From contig JBLDXI010000026.1 in the NCBI GenBank assembly GCA_047495785.1, positions 372,001 to 436,000 on the forward strand: 64,000 bases of DNA. Direction: 5' to 3'. The notes beneath the pieces were generated by a model, which worked only from the letters and a program-made list of their open reading frames with translations, ran no database searches and was not told the origin of the DNA. The DNA comes from Lepidodermella squamata. Its lineage: Eukaryota > Animalia > Gastrotricha. A program made the position numbers and the translations under genes. This document shows positions 61,081-64,000 of the stretch, piece by piece. How positions within the stretch are numbered: position 1 is the first letter of the stretch; each line of letters starts with the position of its first letter.

Positions 61081-64000
61081 ATTATAATTAACTGATCTCA
61101 AATGGCGATGTAGTAGTACGTGGCGAGATGAAGTGCGCCGCGCCTTCTGTTAACATTTAAGATTTAAACCGATAGTCTGTAAGGACAAGCCATGTGTCAT
61201 CGCTGTTTCCGGAAAAGCTACTGAACCGCTGTTTCAACACAACTCAGTCGCGCTAACTGTTTTCGGGGAAACTGTTTCGGGTTAACTCATTTCGGGGAAA
61301 ATTTTTCAGCTAATCCGCTTTCGGGGAAAATTTTTCAGCTAATCCGTTTTCGGGGAAAATTTTTCGGGGGCATGGGAATAAATCATTATTAGCATAACAA
61401 ATGTCTGAAATAAAATCGCCTTCGAACAATTTCGCCAATAGACAATACCGTGGGCTCATTTTAGCTGTTTTCAAATCCAAAACAAAAAACAACTGAAAAA
61501 AGCTAAATAAGGCCCAGCACTTCATGTTTCAAAAAGTAGCAGCTGACATTCCTACTAGGAATTTGCTCGCTCCGCTCATTAGTCTCAAGTATCAGCTGCT
61601 ATACAATTTATTTTACCATTGCTACTCGTACTCTATTTCATCTTCTTGATCTATTTTGAATAAGCATACCATCATTAAGGTGGTTTGAGTTACAAATGAA
61701 TCGTTTCTTCCGGATTCGCTACCGATTATGCAAAAGGGGCGAATGGTCTTGCAAAGCACGACGTACAGCAACTACTATCCGTCTGCTATATAAAACCAGA
61801 TCTGAGGCGTTGTACCTAATTCAACATTTCTTGACAAATTTAGGAAAAATATTCGCGCGAGGTGTAAAAGGATGCCGAAGCTCGTCGTATGCGCAGCAGT
61901 TTTTGTTGTTATTCGCTGCCCGCCCTCAGCAGTGATCAACTAATTTTTCCCTGATGAAAATACTGATTCGGGCGCTTGTGATATTGAAGTTTCGAAATTG
62001 TTTAAATTCACTAATTTTTCACCTTTTGCACTCTCACACTCTCACAGATAATCCCATTGCTATCCGCACTTTTTTACTCTGAATGAGATTATCCAAAATG
62101 TGGTAAACCGTGTTATCATCGTATATTGAGCGCTCGTCACAAGCGCATGTGACAGCATACACCTGATATCGCTGATCGTGAAATGAAAAAAATGAAATAA
62201 CTGGAATATAACTTCATACGCAAAAGATGGCGTTTTCGAAAAGTCGCGTTCCTACTCGAAACCGTGCGGGCGCAAGTTTGGCACCGGATCCTGTTGACCA
62301 AAGCCAACATTTTATGCAATTTCTGAATGATTTAGACACATTAGTACATACATGCTAAGAATGAAATCGGCAGCAGACGCCAGTCACGCGCACGCTGGCT
62401 GACCTTTATACATGAGATGTACTGCCTCATACATCCGCGTACATTCATGTTTGCGCGTGTGTATGTAAACTCTATCCGCGATAGCGCGGCCTGCCTCAGT
62501 CTACGCATTTCTATAGGAGAGTCAGAATGAGTTTAGGTTATTTGGAAAATCTTCCGCCACATCTTTACATTGGTAAATTTGGGACAGTTATAACTCACTA
62601 AAACTTTGTCGTATTTCTATCAGAGAAAATTGTTCAAACCCATCTTCAAATTTGCTGTCGAGTGGTGTTTAAAATTCGTCTATATATTCAGTATGAGACA
62701 TGCAGTGATTCGGCATGTTTTTCAAGCCTACAATGAGCCATCGCTGATTATTTTTAGATTTTAACATCAGTGGCATGAGTAATTTGACCGGGCTGCATAG
62801 CCTGCTGTTTAGCAACTATGTTCCGCTTCAAAGCTACACAATACGCAAGGTGACCTTGCCACATTAAAATCGAATTCCTTCAAATTAACAAGCGATATTA
62901 GTATCGGCGTCCTATAGGCTGAAATCATTCTCAGGGTGGCTGCTAATGTCACTCTAAGATCTGCGAAGTGAATCATGGCTGCGCCTTAATAGTAGTTATG
63001 AGATGCGCGTGGTTCCATGGTTCCAACTTGTGATTTCGATCATCGGTTTTCGCCAGCGATCGGAAAGAATTGGCTGCAGAAGCCTGGAAATCCTAGAAAG
63101 GAGCCGATAAACATCATCAGGGCCATCTTCACCCAGAACACCTGTCGTGAAATTCTCTTCAAAGCAATGTGCGCAAGCCCAACATTTCTTGTCGGAATCA
63201 AGGTAAAGCGCCTGAATGAGCTAGATGAGGATCTGGACGCACTTCCTTCCTGACACTATATGATCAACGCTTGGCAGTAAAAACTATGGTCGAATCGAAA
63301 CTGCTGTCTGCAGATCATCGGTATCATTTCCCCGCCAAAATTATATCCAACGATTACCGAGGCAGGACTGCTGTTTGTCATCATCAAGAGAAGATGTTCT
63401 TCGGACTTCCTGCGCTTCCTGCGTGCTGACGCTTTGCTTCGAAAAGCTCTGCAGAAGTCTATTCACTTTTCAAGGTGCAATTATTAGCCGTTAAAAATGG
63501 CAAAAAATGCACTCTGCAGCAGTCCTCAATTTTAGCGCAGACCATGTGGCAGCTAAATCTTGAGCTGGGTCAATGGACGTGAAACCTTCTTTCAGAGCTT
63601 GAATATGAGCCTTGCAGGTGAGTAATACAATTTATTCTACTGCTAGCTTCTCTCGCATGACTCGCCCATTGTATATTTTAGTTTGAAAAATATTAGAAAA
63701 ATCTGCCTATAGCGCGCAATCTTGTTAATACTAGCAGGTTATAAATGTGTAGACGTTTCTGGGAGATGAATTTCAAGGACCACTTTAAAGGAGATGAGTT
63801 TTGCGAAAGTTTTGACGTATAATCATTACTGCGACACTAGTCGAAGACTTGCCTTGCGTAGCCATTATTGCGTGGCCAAGGGAAATAAAAATAATTTACC
63901 TAGGTATAGTTTTGCGGCTAGTTGCATCCATACTTGTTTTGTGGCCTTACACTGTGGAATACTTACACTCAGTTATTGTGGCCTCAGTTATTGTATTATT

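Larger units (their letters stand above)
57885..61384. mobile_element. MULE-like non-autonomous element, 3.5 kb, 8-bp TSD, carrying an OTU gene
   Basis: TSD ATTATTAG at 57877-57884 and 61385-61392; termini G.T...TTCCCAT..CCCCGAAAA with arrays of TTCCCCGAAA on the left and TTTCGGGGAA on the right. Confidence 0.75.

Noticed and set aside
62800-63620. Decayed LINE endonuclease region (DAR...DFDHR resembling the SDH motif)
   Set aside because: A single weak motif amid many stops; needs TBLASTN against RTE/CR1 ORF2 to support it.

Overview
Intron-rich eukaryotic DNA, most likely from a compact invertebrate genome (introns mostly ~45-60 nt; organism not identifiable from this window). Main contents: (1) a minus-strand NIMA/NEK-like kinase with a C-terminal beta-propeller-like region, running off the left edge. 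(2) A ~39 kb head-to-tail array of nine highly divergent nuclear hormone receptor (NHR) genes plus three pseudogene fragments (7.7-47.0 kb). They have unusual P-boxes (CNACQK, CSACQK, CAACEK), a compact ligand-binding domain and a shared upstream GCGTGCA/ATCAATA module. (3) Three degenerate tRNA genes inside the array. (4) A 9.36 kb Foldback/NOF-like (MULE-type) transposon with a 9-bp TSD inserted in NHR copy 6, carrying USP-like domains and a 28S rRNA fragment. (5) A 3.14 kb Sola1-like transposon with perfect 29-bp TIRs and an ATTT TSD, whose intact spliced ORF fuses a PB1 domain to the transposase core. (6) A 3.5 kb MULE-like element carrying an OTU deubiquitinase-like gene, a non-autonomous Helitron and many MITEs. 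All gene models were spliced by eye and domain calls rest on motif recognition; no database searches were run.
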